This document shows positions 51,532 to 63,461 of a stretch of 64,000 nt of DNA, piece after piece. The stretch spans positions 3,038,001-3,102,000 of the forward strand of contig OZ218951.1 in the NCBI GenBank assembly GCA_965112735.1. The letters are read 5' to 3'. The notes under the pieces are model-generated. The model saw only the letters and a list, made by a program, of their open reading frames with translations. It did no database searches and was not told the DNA's origin. The DNA comes from Phaeosaccion multiseriatum (lineage: Eukaryota > Protista > Ochrophyta, other classes). The first letter of the stretch is position 1. Every line of letters starts with the position of its first letter. The translations under genes and the position numbers were made by a program.

Positions 51532-52531
51532 GGGAGGCAAGTGGAAGGTGAGTCGTCACCCATCAGTGAGAGGGGGGACCTGATGTCGCATCGGATAGGA
51601 CACATGACTTGACTGTGTGCGTTGGTGTCAAGAGCAAACATGGCCAGATGACAACAGATGGCACCAGATGGCACCTCATGCAAGTGATTGGATGTAAGAG
51701 GAGCGCTGAAGAGTTTGGGGGGGCAAGGGGTCTGAGGGGCACAACAGGGACCTCTTCTCCTCACAGGCGGCGCACGAGGATGGCATGTGAAGCGCGAAGT
51801 CATGTGATTTGAAGCGAACTTGTGCTGACCTCATCTGCTATACCCTCGCCCTGCCACCATCCCGTGCGTCCATACTGTATTCGCTCAGAGACGAAAAGGA
51901 CTTTGAGGTAATTGTATTTCCACAAAAGGTGTCAGCAGCAGAGCATACACACACTGTACAAAGCGAAGAGTTAGGATACTAAGGAGGGCTTGGAAGGGCA
52001 GGGGGAGAGGGAGGATGGAGGGGGGGGGACATCTGAGCGGAGGATTTTTGCGTCAAGAGGAGAGTGCGGGTGGTCAGACGGCCAGCGCTACAAAGAGGGC
52101 GTGGCGTGTGCGTGAGTGGGGTGAGAGAAGACGGGGAATGGCTCCTGCTTGCTCCTGTGCAGGGGTGAGACAAGATTTTTAGCGGAACCAGAGTGACTGT
52201 GGGCGAAGGAAAGGGGAGTGGTGATGATGTGGTAAGAGGTCCGTTAAGTGGGGAAGGGAACAAGTGCGCAGCTGGGGTGTTGTCCGAGCTGCTGCAGCCC
52301 TTAACAATAACAACACGTTATTAACATCGAGTTGTTGTAAGAATAGTGGTGGATTATAGATTATAGCTGAACAGTTTCGTCCGCTGCCCGGAGTTAATGG
52401 CAAAGAGGAAGGGAAAGGTGAAATGGGATATCGAAAGGGGCCCCGCGCTTCACAGTTGGCGACTCGCGGAACCTTTGTCCTAACGCTAACAAAAGGGGGA
52501 AAGGGCAAGGCTTAAAGCTTAAAGGCTAAAC

Positions 52532-55286
52532 ATGGCGGGTCTTGTGAATGCCGAGACGTTAGAAGAACGAGTCGAAGATCTGCAAGAGAAGGAGGTGCCG
52601 GGCTGGGATGACGAAGCTCTAAATCACATTAGCGCAACCATGGTGTGCACTACCGAAGAGGAGGAAGTTCTTCGCGACCAGGCTCGAGAGCTGCCAGCGG
52701 GTGGGTCTCTCGCTCGCTCGCTCGCTCTCTCCCCCTTTGCTCGCTCCGTCTCTCTCAGTCGCTCTCTTCCTCTCTGTCTCCCTTTCTCAAATTGTTCCTT
52801 TCGCTTTTGTTTCCCACGCATCTCCAGCTCTCTTGGAAATGGAGAAGGCCGGAGTGGATGAGGGCTGGCGGGACAAGGGCTATCACCAAGGTAGGGGGAC
52901 GCTTCTTCTTCCACCCTTGATCTCTGCAGCTCTTGTTATGTCCAAATCTTCCTCCCCTTACCCCCTCTCGTCGTCTTGTCCGGCCCTCCTCCTCTGTACA
53001 CAGGTGTGCGCGTGATGCGAAAGTCTAATGATTCCTCGAATCTGGTCATCACCAAGGGTACCATTGAGATGGCCCCCAACACGACCCTCAACCATGTACA
53101 GCAGCAGGTGAGACGTGCTCCGGGGGGTCTCTCGCCACGGTGTCGTTTTGGGAAGGGTGGAGGGGGTTTTTAGCTACCCTCAAACCCATCGCCCAAGAGC
53201 AGCAATAACCTCAGAGGCCCCGAGAGGAAGAATCTCAGTGAGGGGGAGAGGGGGGGGGTCTTTCAACAATCCGCTACTTCACCCAACCTCTCGCTTTGCC
53301 CCTCGACCTCCTGTCGTTGCTACGCACTCACGTGGAGCACTCAACGAAGTCACTCAGTCCCTCCCTCCTTCGCCCGCTCGCTCGCTCGATCACGGCAGTA
53401 CAAGTGGCACGTGTCTGGGCCCAATCACAGGATGATGAGGGTGTGGAGGGGGGGCGACCCCTTGCTGCGAACAAGCAAGGTGAGTCCAGCGCCTCGCTAC
53501 GCCGCCATCACCCTACTTCTCTACGCATGCTGTGCCTTGGAACTCTTCGTAATTACGTACACGGCCGTCAGCTACGAGACTCAGACACACCAGACCATCC
53601 AAACTTCGAGCGAGTCATGTCATGTGTGCCCTCTCTCTCTGTGTGTGTGTGTGTGTGTGTGTGTGGGTGTGTGCGTGTGCGTCTCGCTGGGATGGACGAT
53701 AGATTGTGAAGCGAACATAACACTGTTGAAAAAGGATTGCACGAGGAGACAGACGATGAGGGTTTGCCACTCGACTCTCTCGGACGCTCTCTTGTCAAGA
53801 ACGAAGGTCCTTTCGCCTCCCTTCCCTCCCGCCCCTCTCGTCTGCAATGGTCTTTGGTCCCCGCTCGGCACTCTCTCTGCTGCTGTGCTGTGCTGTGGTT
53901 GACGCTCTACTTTATGACTGCTCTTGACATCATTTCTCCCTCTCTGTGTCTCTCTCCCCCTCTCTCTCCCCCTCTCTGTCCGTCTCTATCCCTTCCTCTG
54001 TCTCTCTCTCTCTTCCTCTCTCTCTCTCTCTCTCTCTGCGGCTCTGGTTGTGGGTGTGGGTGTGTTGTGGTTGTGGGTGTGTTGTGGTTGTGGGTGTGTT
54101 GTGGTGTGGTGTGCTGCGCTGCGTTCAGCTTCTGACGCCGCTGCGCCCCATCTCCGAAGACCCGCTGGCCTATCTACAGATTGTGTATGCGGCCTTCCAC
54201 ACACCATCCTTCGTCGTGTGGGACAGGGATGGGCTCCTAATGCAGGTAGGTGGCTTGCGTGTTGCAGGCAGGCAGAGAGGCAGGGCAGGGGCAGGCAGTA
54301 GACGGACAGGCAGGCAGTCAGTCAAGCAGGTAGGCAATCGAAAGATCGAAAGGTATCCAATGGTTTCACTCCGTGTCAATCTCTCACTTCCCCTCCCCCC
54401 CCCCCCCTCTCTTCTCTCTCTTCTCTCTCTCCCTCTCTCTCTGTCTCTCTCTCTTCTCTCTCTCTGCTCTCCCTCTCTCTCTGTCTCTCTCTGTCTCTCT
54501 CTCTTCTCTCTCTCTCTCTCTCGCTCTCTCTTTTCTCTCTCCCTCTCTCTCTGTCTCTCTCTCTCTTCTTTCTCTCTCCTCTCTCTCTCCTCCCTCTCTT
54601 CTCTCTCTCTCTCCCTCCCTGGTACAGATATGCCACCGGACGATGGACGAGGAGACCGGAGATGAGTTGCTGTTCGTTTCTGCGAGAAGCGTGGACAACC
54701 CCGAAGTTGTCCCAGACTTGGAGAAGGTACGATGTGTACGTAACGGAAGGAGTGGGAGGGGAGAGAGAGAGAGAGAGAGAGAGAGGTATCGGTGTACGTC
54801 AGTAAGTCACCAGACATTAAAAAAGAGGATCTAAACAGGGCCTTGACCCTCATTGCTTCGACCAGTTGGCTGGCTGGACTGGGACGGAAGAAGGCGCTGC
54901 TGCCCAAAGATTTAAAGATTGTTATAGGAGCCAATTTGTGCTATGCTTCTCTTGACCTTAACCGCCCCCCTCCCTCCAGATCAAGCGGGTGAGACTCAAA
55001 GTGAGCCCCTCTGGGTACGTCTTCAGACAACCTCCTCCGCTCAGCGGTCCCAACCGCCCTCCCATCATCGTCACTTACATCGCGAATGTACGTCAGGTTA
55101 CGTAATACCCCGTGCATCGTGTCTGTGCTGCGGTGGGCGCGTGTGTGCGTCCCTGCTCGAGCCCCAGGGGAGGGAAGCCCGACTGATGTAGCATCGAAGT
55201 ATGCAGAGATGAGACTCACTCACTGTGCTGCCTTGCCAACCGATTGATGCCTTGCGCTATGCTACGTAGTTACGCTACTTCTCAAC

Positions 55287-55328
<42 letters not shown>

Positions 55329-57244
55329 TCTCTCAAGCGCTGAGCATTCCCACCCCGTCTCCCCTTGTGCTCTCTCTTGTGTCCGCCAGGCTGACCCAGG
55401 GGGGTCCCTCCCGAGCGTTGTGGTGAACTTCGTCAACTTCTCGCAGGTGAAGAGAGCATGGTGGGGCGGGGAGAGAGGGAGCGAGGAGAGGGAGAGAGGG
55501 TGAGAGGGAGGGGAGTGAATGAGGGAGGGGAGTGAATGAGGGAGGGGAGGGAACGAGGGAGGGAGGGGGCTTAATCTTCTCTCCGGGCGTCTCGTAACGA
55601 GCCCCCACTCCCCACCCTCCCCTGCGGATCTGTCTTAGACATCCCTCCCTCTCTCTTTCTTTCTTTCTCTCTCTCTCACTCTCTCTCTCTCTCTGTCCCC
55701 TCCCTCTCTCTCCTTCACTCTCGCTCACCCACTCTCTCTCCTCTTTCCCTCCCTCCCTCCCTCCCTCCCCCCCTCCCTCTTTCACACACGCTCTCCCCTC
55801 TCTCTCTCCCTCTCCCTGTGTGTGTATGTGCGTCATGACTGCCTTAGGCCTACAATGTCCTCCGCGCCAGAGAGTCCTACGCGGCGAAGGTGGAGGTGCG
55901 TTTCCGCATTGAGATAGTTTCCATCATCCTCCTCCTCACCAGGGCGGGTAACACTGAATCTTCTCCCTCCTGCCAGTCTAGTTGCTGCTGTGCTCTTTTG
56001 TTGTACTCTTCCACCTCACACAGGTTTTCACACACTCACAACACACATGGCACAACACACACGCACACATTCGCACACACACACACACACGCACACACAC
56101 ACACACACTCGTACACGCTCACGCGCTTACACAGGCGGCCCGATGCATGGGACGGGAGATACTTATGCCGCCCTTGGAACTCCACCGGAGGCAGTCCTAC
56201 AGGCACTACCTCCCGCTGGAGGCGGACAAGCAGGAGCAGGTGCGTCACATCACGTCAATGATTTATAGATGGGCCTCGAGCTAGAAAAGAATCCACTGTG
56301 TTTGTGAAGATACACACGCGCACACATACACACACACACACACGCACGCACACGCACGCACACGCACACACAACACACACACTCATATACACCCGCAGGT
56401 GACAGTGCACATCTTTTGCTCCGGGGGCAAGCCCTTTGTTCGCTTGGAGGGAGTCGCCTCCGCGTCCACCATCACCCTCGGAGAGGAGGGCATTGACCCT
56501 TTGAAGGCCAAGAGGCCTGTTGTTGAGGCGGCGGAGGGGGGGGGCGGGGGAGAGGCGACAGAGAAGGAGAAGGAGGATGTGGTGGAGGGGAGGGAGGAGG
56601 AGGAGGAGGAGGAGGAGGAGGAGGAGGAGGAGCCCTCCTCGGAGGGTGGTGGTGGTGCTGACGCCGTTTCGAGCGGACGGTGGATCTCTCTCCCAAGTGG
56701 CCGCGCTGCCAAGGTGAGCGGGGGGGGATGGGGGGATGGGGGGATGGGGGGAGGGGGGAGGGGGGAGGTGGTATTGGGGATGCAGGGAATGTGTGTTCCA
56801 TTCGGTCGAATGGGGCCGCGTGTCGCTCCCGCCCACGAGGGCGACCGAAGCGTATGTGTTGAGTGAGCGGAGCTGTAGCACGTCAGCACCAACTCTCACA
56901 GGTCCACATGCAGCAGCAGTAGTTGGTTATACTGTCATTCAGCAGCAGTTGCCGATACCGCAGCAGCAGCACGCCACCTACCGTCACACCCACACAGTAC
57001 TCTCTCTTTTTGCTTCGTTGGGTTCGCGGTCGGCCACCCTCTTCCTTCCTTCCTTCCTTCCGTCTATCTGTCTCATTGCGCCTCCCCTCCCTCCTTCTTT
57101 CCTTCCTTCCTTCCTTCCTTCCAACTGCAGCTGACGTTCAAGCTCAGCGGCCCCGTGTCGAGTGACTCTCCTCCCCTGGTGCAGGTGAAGAACTTTGCGC
57201 TGCGAGCGGCCTGCCTGGTGGTCTACGACATCGATGTATCGTGA
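52532..57244 (+). CDS. START lipid-transfer domain protein with C-terminal beta-sandwich (putative GOLD), about 12 exons
   Basis: Exons at about 52532-52700, 52828-52890, 53004-53107, 53399-53479, 54129-54246, 54628-54726, 54980-55087, 55390-55446, 55848-55895, 56135-56239, 56399-56713, 57131-57244. START hallmarks: GWRDKG, IVYAAFHTPSFVVWDRDGLL, VSARSVDNP, RVRLKVSPSGYVFR, VTYIANADPGGSLPSVVVN. Confidence 0.8.
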
Positions 57245-57546
57245 AGGGGATGGATATCGATGTACCACGAAAGGGATGAGCCATAGCTGCGGTGGTGTGC
57301 TGCACAAAGGCCAGAGCAAGCCATCAAGCAGCAGCGACGTATCTGACATAAAGATGTAGCTACTACTCGATTCAGTTTGGTTCAGAGAACGATTAAAACA
57401 AAAGAGGAGTGTGAAAGGTGAAAGCTGCGCTCACAGCCAGGATCGAACAGGAAAGAGCGGTCGGAGAACCAACACCTCAACATCAGAAACTGAAACTGTA
57501 ACCCCTCTCATCGCTTCAGGCGATCGCTCTCTCCTCTCTCTCTCCC

Positions 57547-58815
57547 ATGCCTTTCCGGGGCCCGCCGGCCATCACGTACCAGGACTTTGGGGCGAAAGAC
57601 ACGGAGCGAAGAGTTCTCGAGGTGGGAGCCAAGAGATAGAAAGATAGAGATAGGTTTCCCACTTGCCTGTCTACGCTCCAATGCTGTTTGTCGTCAGTCT
57701 GTGTTACATCGCTCATCCTCCCCCCTCTACCGTTGCACGATGCCATTTATCGACAGTGTGCCGTCCGTCGAGAGGCCACACTCAGCGTCCTCAAGGCGCA
57801 GACCGATAAGTACAAAGCGAAGAGGCCGTGGAAGCAGAAGAAGGTATGTCGGAGTTGCAAACGTTCAGGGAGAGTCACCCACAATGGTCCTTCTCTAACG
57901 TCTGAATGCATGGTATAGGTCTTGGAGGCTTTCATTGAGCTGCGGGGAGCGTCTTTGGAGGCAGTAGAGGCGATTTATGTGTGGCGGCTGTCCCGGACGT
58001 CTCCGTTGCCATTCCTCATCAAAGGGGAAAATTACCTCCTTACGCTATGCAGGTGAGTAAGCACACTGCCTCTCCTTTCGCCAGCCACAGAAATGAAGGT
58101 TTGCACCCCTGGGATATGATCAAAGTGTTTTCAAGCTCAAAAGATGAGGAGAAGCTGGGTAGTTCAAGCTGTACTTTGCCTCTGCCATAGTCGGGCTCTC
58201 TCCTGCCCTGCAAGTCAAGTATCCGAACAGCGCTACGTGCTCACACAAACCCTCCTCTTTCTTTGCGTCTCGCTCCTCGATGACTCAGGGACGCGGACTT
58301 TCTGGCTCAGCTGCACCACCTTCGCAACGCTTGGGGCTGCGATGTGGGCATTGGTAATCCGTTCTGCCTGCCCTCGACGAAAAGCGCTTCCAAGTCTGAA
58401 GTACCCGGAGGCGAGGAGGAGAAGAAGAATGACGAGGCGAAAGGCGAGGTGGCAGCAAGAGTACCCCCAGTTCGTGCAGGAGAACAGGCGGCCGCAGGTA
58501 GCGGCGGTGGTACTCGGAAGGGCGTGAGTCCCCAGGTCTGCGCTCCGGACGGAGGAGCAATGCAACAAGGACAAGGGAGCGGGGGCACGGATACTGCTAA
58601 GGTCGTGCAGGGACTGAGCAGGGACATGGTTGAACTGCTCGTGTCATGGAGTCGACTGTCGGAGCATGAAAGCGTTCGCATCGGTAAGGCGCAGAGGTAT
58701 TTAGAGAAGGAGTGGAAGCGAACGGAGCAAAAGCCGGCACGCCACCACTTTTGGGGATACGACAGATGGTTGGACAAGACGTGGGTCTGTGGGAATCGGA
58801 TAGAGGGGCCCGGGG

Positions 58816-58897
<82 letters not shown>

Positions 58898-60318
58898 AAG
58901 TGGTGGTGGTGGTGGTGGTGGTGGTGGTGGTGGTGGTGGTGGTGGTGGTGGTGGTGGTGGTGGCGGTAGCGGCGGGCAGGATACAGACGACGACAGAGGA
59001 AGGCCCGGCACGGGAGAGGGGGACAAAACCATGAAGAAGAAGAGGATGGATGAGAATCGCGAAGGCATCAGCGGGGAGGAAGAGGAGGACAACAGCGATG
59101 AGAGCAGCGGCAGCAGCGATGATGATAGCAGCGATAGCGAGGACGACAGTAGTGGCGAGGAGAACGACCGGCAACAGCAAGGGGGAGCCGCCGTGGGGGG
59201 GGGAATATCTGGTCGTGCGGGTAGAGGAAGACCAAGGAGTCGAGAGGCGTTAAGCAGTCAGGGCTCAACCCGGCCCGGAAGCAGGGGGCGTGGAAGTGGT
59301 GGAGGCGCGGCGGCGGCGGGGGGCGCGAATGCCGCACCCCTTTCTTCCAGACCCAAGAGCAGAGGACTGACAATGTTCCGAGGTGGGGGACGAGGAGGAC
59401 GAGGAGGAGGACGAGGAGGACGGGGACGGGGTGTGCCGCCGCTGGCGGTGGGTGGACGGGGGGCCGGAGGTGCCGCTGCTGCGTCGATGATCGGCGCGAA
59501 GAGGAGCAAGGATGGTGCCGTGGAGACGGTGGGAGGAGGAGGAGGAGGAGGAGGAGGAGGAGGAGGAGGAGGAGGAGGAGGAGGAGGAGGAGGAGGAGGA
59601 GGAGGAGGAGGAGGAGGAGGAGGAGGAGGAGGAGGAGGAGGAGGAGGAGGAGCAGGAGCAGGAGCAGGAGCAGGAGACGGGGGAGTGGTGGGGACCAGCA
59701 GTCCTGGTACCGCTTTTGGTGATATGGATATCAGTCCCCGGAAGGAGGCTCTCCACCTCGAAACGGAGAGGAAGGAGAAGGGGGCAGCAAGGCCTACTAC
59801 TCGTCTTGCCTCACGAGCCGCAGGCAGGAGCCCGAGTGAGGCTCTGACCAGCAGCAGGGGAGCGAGGATCGGGAGTGAGGCGCTGTACCCTTTCCTGGAG
59901 CTGCACGAGAGGTTCGGAGCAATGCTGCCAAGGACTGCTCTCTCAGGTGAGCAAAGACGAGGAGGAGCAAAGCGAGGGGTTGGGATTGAGGGCGAAGTCA
60001 GCGACCAGCAACAAGAGGTCAAGAGGCAGCGAGGCAGGAGCGAACTCACATTGCTTCTACTAGTCCTAGAGGCAGGAAGAGACAAATGGCAGTCAAGCAA
60101 AGCCAAGTAACACCCCCTCCGACCCAAACCCCTCACCCCCCGCCCTCGCGCCGGCCACCTTCCACCTGCTTGTTACCACATCACCCCTTCATGCTCACTA
60201 CTCCTTGCTTTCTGGCTTGCTTGGCTTGACTTTGGCCTTGCGGCACGGCGCAGGCGTTCCATCAACCTACATGATGGTCAAGACGCTGACCGAAGCGGGG
60301 CTGAAACAGCCCACTTGA
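57547..60318 (+). CDS. Conserved hypothetical protein with low-complexity Gly/Ser/Arg-rich C-terminal half
   Basis: Exons 57547-57621, 57757-57843, 57919-58052, 58289-59946, 60254-60318 (an unspliced alternative would stop at 60110). Protein-like core ELRGASLEAVEAIYVWR...PFLIKGENYLLTLCRDADFL...NPFCLP assembles only across phase-compatible splice junctions. Confidence 0.7.
58817..58962. repeat. Coding (AGT)n then (GGT)n tracts (poly-Ser, poly-Gly)
   Basis: Direct observation within ORF 58344-60110. Confidence 0.9.
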
Positions 60319-61377
60319 TTGATGATGACCTGATCACAGATCACCCTCTTGATCTCTTGAGGAGGACTTCCGAACACAAGAACAAGTAGTCAGTAGTCAG
60401 TAGTCAAGCAGTGCGACTGGCCCCGAGGCGCTGTTGCTTGGACAGCTTTCTGGCTCTGCTGAGGCAGGCTCTTTGAATGCTGTCCTTACTTGGACTCTTG
60501 CCTGGCACTGGGCCCTTGCTTTGAACCCAGGACGCCCAGCCCCTTCCTTCCATCGCACACATGGCTGGCTGGGGCAGTACAGCAGCCGGGAATCAGGACG
60601 AATGATTGGAATTGTAGACTCGCACCAGCTATGAGAGATAGTTTGCCTCTTGAGCCAACAAGTCACTCCACCGCAGTCCACACTGTCTGGTTTGACTGTA
60701 GACAGCGACAGCCTGCGCCATCGGAGGGGAAAGCGCGCCGATTCTTTCGGAAGGAGGCACAGTGGGAATTTCTTGGCCCTCGAGATCTTGATGTCTTGAT
60801 GGAACCACCAAAGTGAAGTAGGACACGCGTTGGGAAATCGTCGGGCGAGAGAGTGACAGAGCGAAGGCAAAGATGAAATTGACCAGCCGCCCCTGTACAG
60901 ACTCGGCGGGCCTTTGGGCAAGCACACACACACACACACACACACACACCACACACACAACACACACACACACACACAACACACACACACACACGCACAC
61001 ACGCACACACACATATACACATGCACATACGCACACATGCACACACATATACACATACACATACACACATGCACATACATACACACACACGCACACACAT
61101 ACGCGCAGGGATAGAGTGCAGGTCGCACGGAGGGCCTCCTCCCACTCAGTGGCCACTCAGTGGGCACTCGGGAGCCACTGGGGCAGACCATCCACGGCAG
61201 GTGCTCGGCGAGAAGGGGCACGAGTTTCGATCGAAAGCGACGTGCCCACGACCCCGCAGACCCTGTCTCTTGCCTTCTGCCACCTTTGACGCCTCACCAC
61301 GGAAAGGTGCATCTCAAAAGCACATGGAGAACACGGAGACCCGCCTCACTGAGGTCGGACCACGCGCACTTGAGGGG

Positions 61378-61429
61378 GAGGAGGAGGAGGAGGAGGAGGA
61401 GGAGTAGGAGGAGGAGGAGTAAGAGTAAG

Positions 61430-61464
<35 letters not shown>

Positions 61465-61570
61465 GAGGAGGAGGAGGAGGAGGAGGGGGAGTAGGAGGAG
61501 TAGGAGGAGGAGTAGGAGTAAGAGGAGGAGGAGGAGGAGGAGGAGGAGGAGGAGGAGGAGGAGGAGGAGA
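61378..61570. repeat. Mixed (GAG)n/(TAG)n compound triplet repeat
   Basis: Direct observation. Confidence 0.9.
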
Positions 61571-61881
61571 AAGCAGCCCTTGCGTTACATACTTGCAGTA
61601 CGGCAGCTCGACTTCCGCCGTCACAAAAGCTCGGAGACTCTGAAGGTCAAGGTCAAAAGCTTAAGCTTATAAAAAGTTTTGTTATATTAATCCGGTCCCA
61701 CACCTCGCCTATGCACAACACACCCGCCTGTCCCTCCTTTCCCACCTGGTCCGTCCTTTTCGCTACAGATGGCGCCCTGCATGACCAATCCCCTCCTCCC
61801 CGGCAGGTCCGTCCCCCTTCCTTTCACTCCCTGCTTCCATTCCTCGTCAGCTCTGCTCTGCTAGTTCCTTCATTCCCGCAG

Positions 61882-62797
61882 TCATTCGTCGTCCGCGAGA
61901 ATATCATCCGCTTGAGAGTCCAGTCTGAGGCTCTCGAATCTTGCTTTGAGCTCCTCGGCCGCGTCCTCTGGGGTGCTGGCCTTGGCGTTGGCGTAGTAAC
62001 GGCCGTACTCCACGGGCTCGCCTCTCTCCATGCGCCGCATACGCTCTTCCGCTTCTTGTCGGCACCAGACCTGTATGGCGGCCATACCACGTTCACCGGG
62101 GGGGTGCATGCGGAATGGGAGCAATAAATAAAGAAGGAAGGTTTTCCAAGACAGGGAAAGACAGTCAAGAGGACCAACCGGTGCATGGAGAGAGGAGGGG
62201 GGTCAAGAAGGGGAGGGGAAAAACGAGGGTTATGAGGTTACACAGAAAGAGCAGGGGGGGGAGAGAAAGAGATGGCAATGGAGAGAGAGGGTCAAAAAAG
62301 GGAAAGGGGGGAGAGAGGGCAGGCGCAAAAGAGAGAGGGAAGGAGAACAAAACACCAAAAAGCTGTCGACTTACGTGAATATCCTGTGGGGGCTTCATCC
62401 AGTCCCCGATAGCGATTATCGCGATTGACACGAATGTGAACATGGTGATGGTTTCCCACCCATTCGGGCCCCAAAACGAGTCCGACTTGTTGGCCTCGTC
62501 CTCCGGGTACTCGTCAAACAGGTGTGCCTTGTCCTGGTCCTTCCGCACAAATCCCGTACCCATCGCCCTCCTTTGCAGCTGCAGAAGCTGCTGCTGCGAT
62601 GCCCCGCCTACCCTCAGCCCTGCGCCTGCTGCTCCTGCCTCCCTTTGCAATGCAGAGGCGGCTGCTGCTGATAAGGGCTGCTGCTGCTGCAGTCTGGTCA
62701 GCTGATGCAGAGCCCGGCCCCGCCCTCCAGCAGAAGCTGCCGCAGAAGAACCCACCCTTGAGGCCAATGGCCGCAACATCGACGCGCGCGACAGCAT
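61882..62797 (-). CDS. NDUFB11: Mitochondrial complex I accessory subunit NDUFB11/ESSS-like, 2 exons
   Basis: Arg/Ser/Ala-rich presequence (MLSRASMLRPLASR...), GWE followed by one TM helix, KPPQDIH|VWCRQEAEERM (ESSS pattern KPxxxIxxWxxxEAxxR). Exons 62797-62375 and 62070-61882. Confidence 0.75.
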
Positions 62798-62970
62798 CTT
62801 TTCTAATTGGTGTATTTCGTGCTCTCTTGGGGGGGGGGGGGTGATCCCCTCGGGTTTTGGTGACTTACTGTTCTTTGTCTTTCTTCTTCTCTCCTTCCCA
62901 CAGCCTCTCTTCTTTCCAAGCGGCTTGGCTTGAACCGTCCAATCTCCCAACCGGTGATAGGCAAAGACAA
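62798..62970. promoter_or_regulatory. Compact bidirectional promoter region between NDUFB11 and SDHAF3
   Basis: Only 173 bp separate the two divergent start codons. CCAAT present at about 62939-62943. Confidence 0.5.
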
Positions 62971-63461
62971 ATGATGAGCAAGCTCACGAGGGAAAGCGTG
63001 AGCCTCCTAAAGCAAATTTTGCGCAAGCACCGGTCGCTTCCCGCGCAGGCCAGGGAGATGGGCGACGCCTACGTCCGTCACGAGTGGCGGCAACTACGAG
63101 ACCACGGCAAGACCACCTCGGAGCACGTCGAGGCCTTCACGGCGGAGTGGAGGAACTACCTCACCATGCTAAACGGAAGCAGCGAGCAAGAAAAGGCAAG
63201 GGGGTCATTACCCTTCCCTCTCTTTGATTCCCCTGCTACTTCTCTCCCCTTCCCTCTCCCGCTGATGCCTCTTTCTCTGTTGCCTCTTTTTATCGCCCTC
63301 TCTCTCTCTCTCTCTCTCTCTCGCTTTCGTTTGCGGCTGGACAGCTGGGTAGAGATCTCTCTCCCGAAGAGCGGGCCGCTCTGAATCCGGAGCAGCTTGG
63401 CCAGCTCGAGACCTTGCAGAAGGCAGCGGGGGACATTACGAAGACAAGCCCTCATCCTTGA
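62971..63461 (+). CDS. SDHAF3: Succinate dehydrogenase assembly factor 3 (LYR family, Sdh7/ACN9), 2 exons with a GC-AG intron
   Basis: LLKQILRKHRSLPAQAREMGDAYVRHEWR...FTAEWRNYL and LGRDLSPEERAALNPEQLGQL match the SDHAF3 pattern. Exons 62971-63195 and 63345-63461. Confidence 0.85.
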
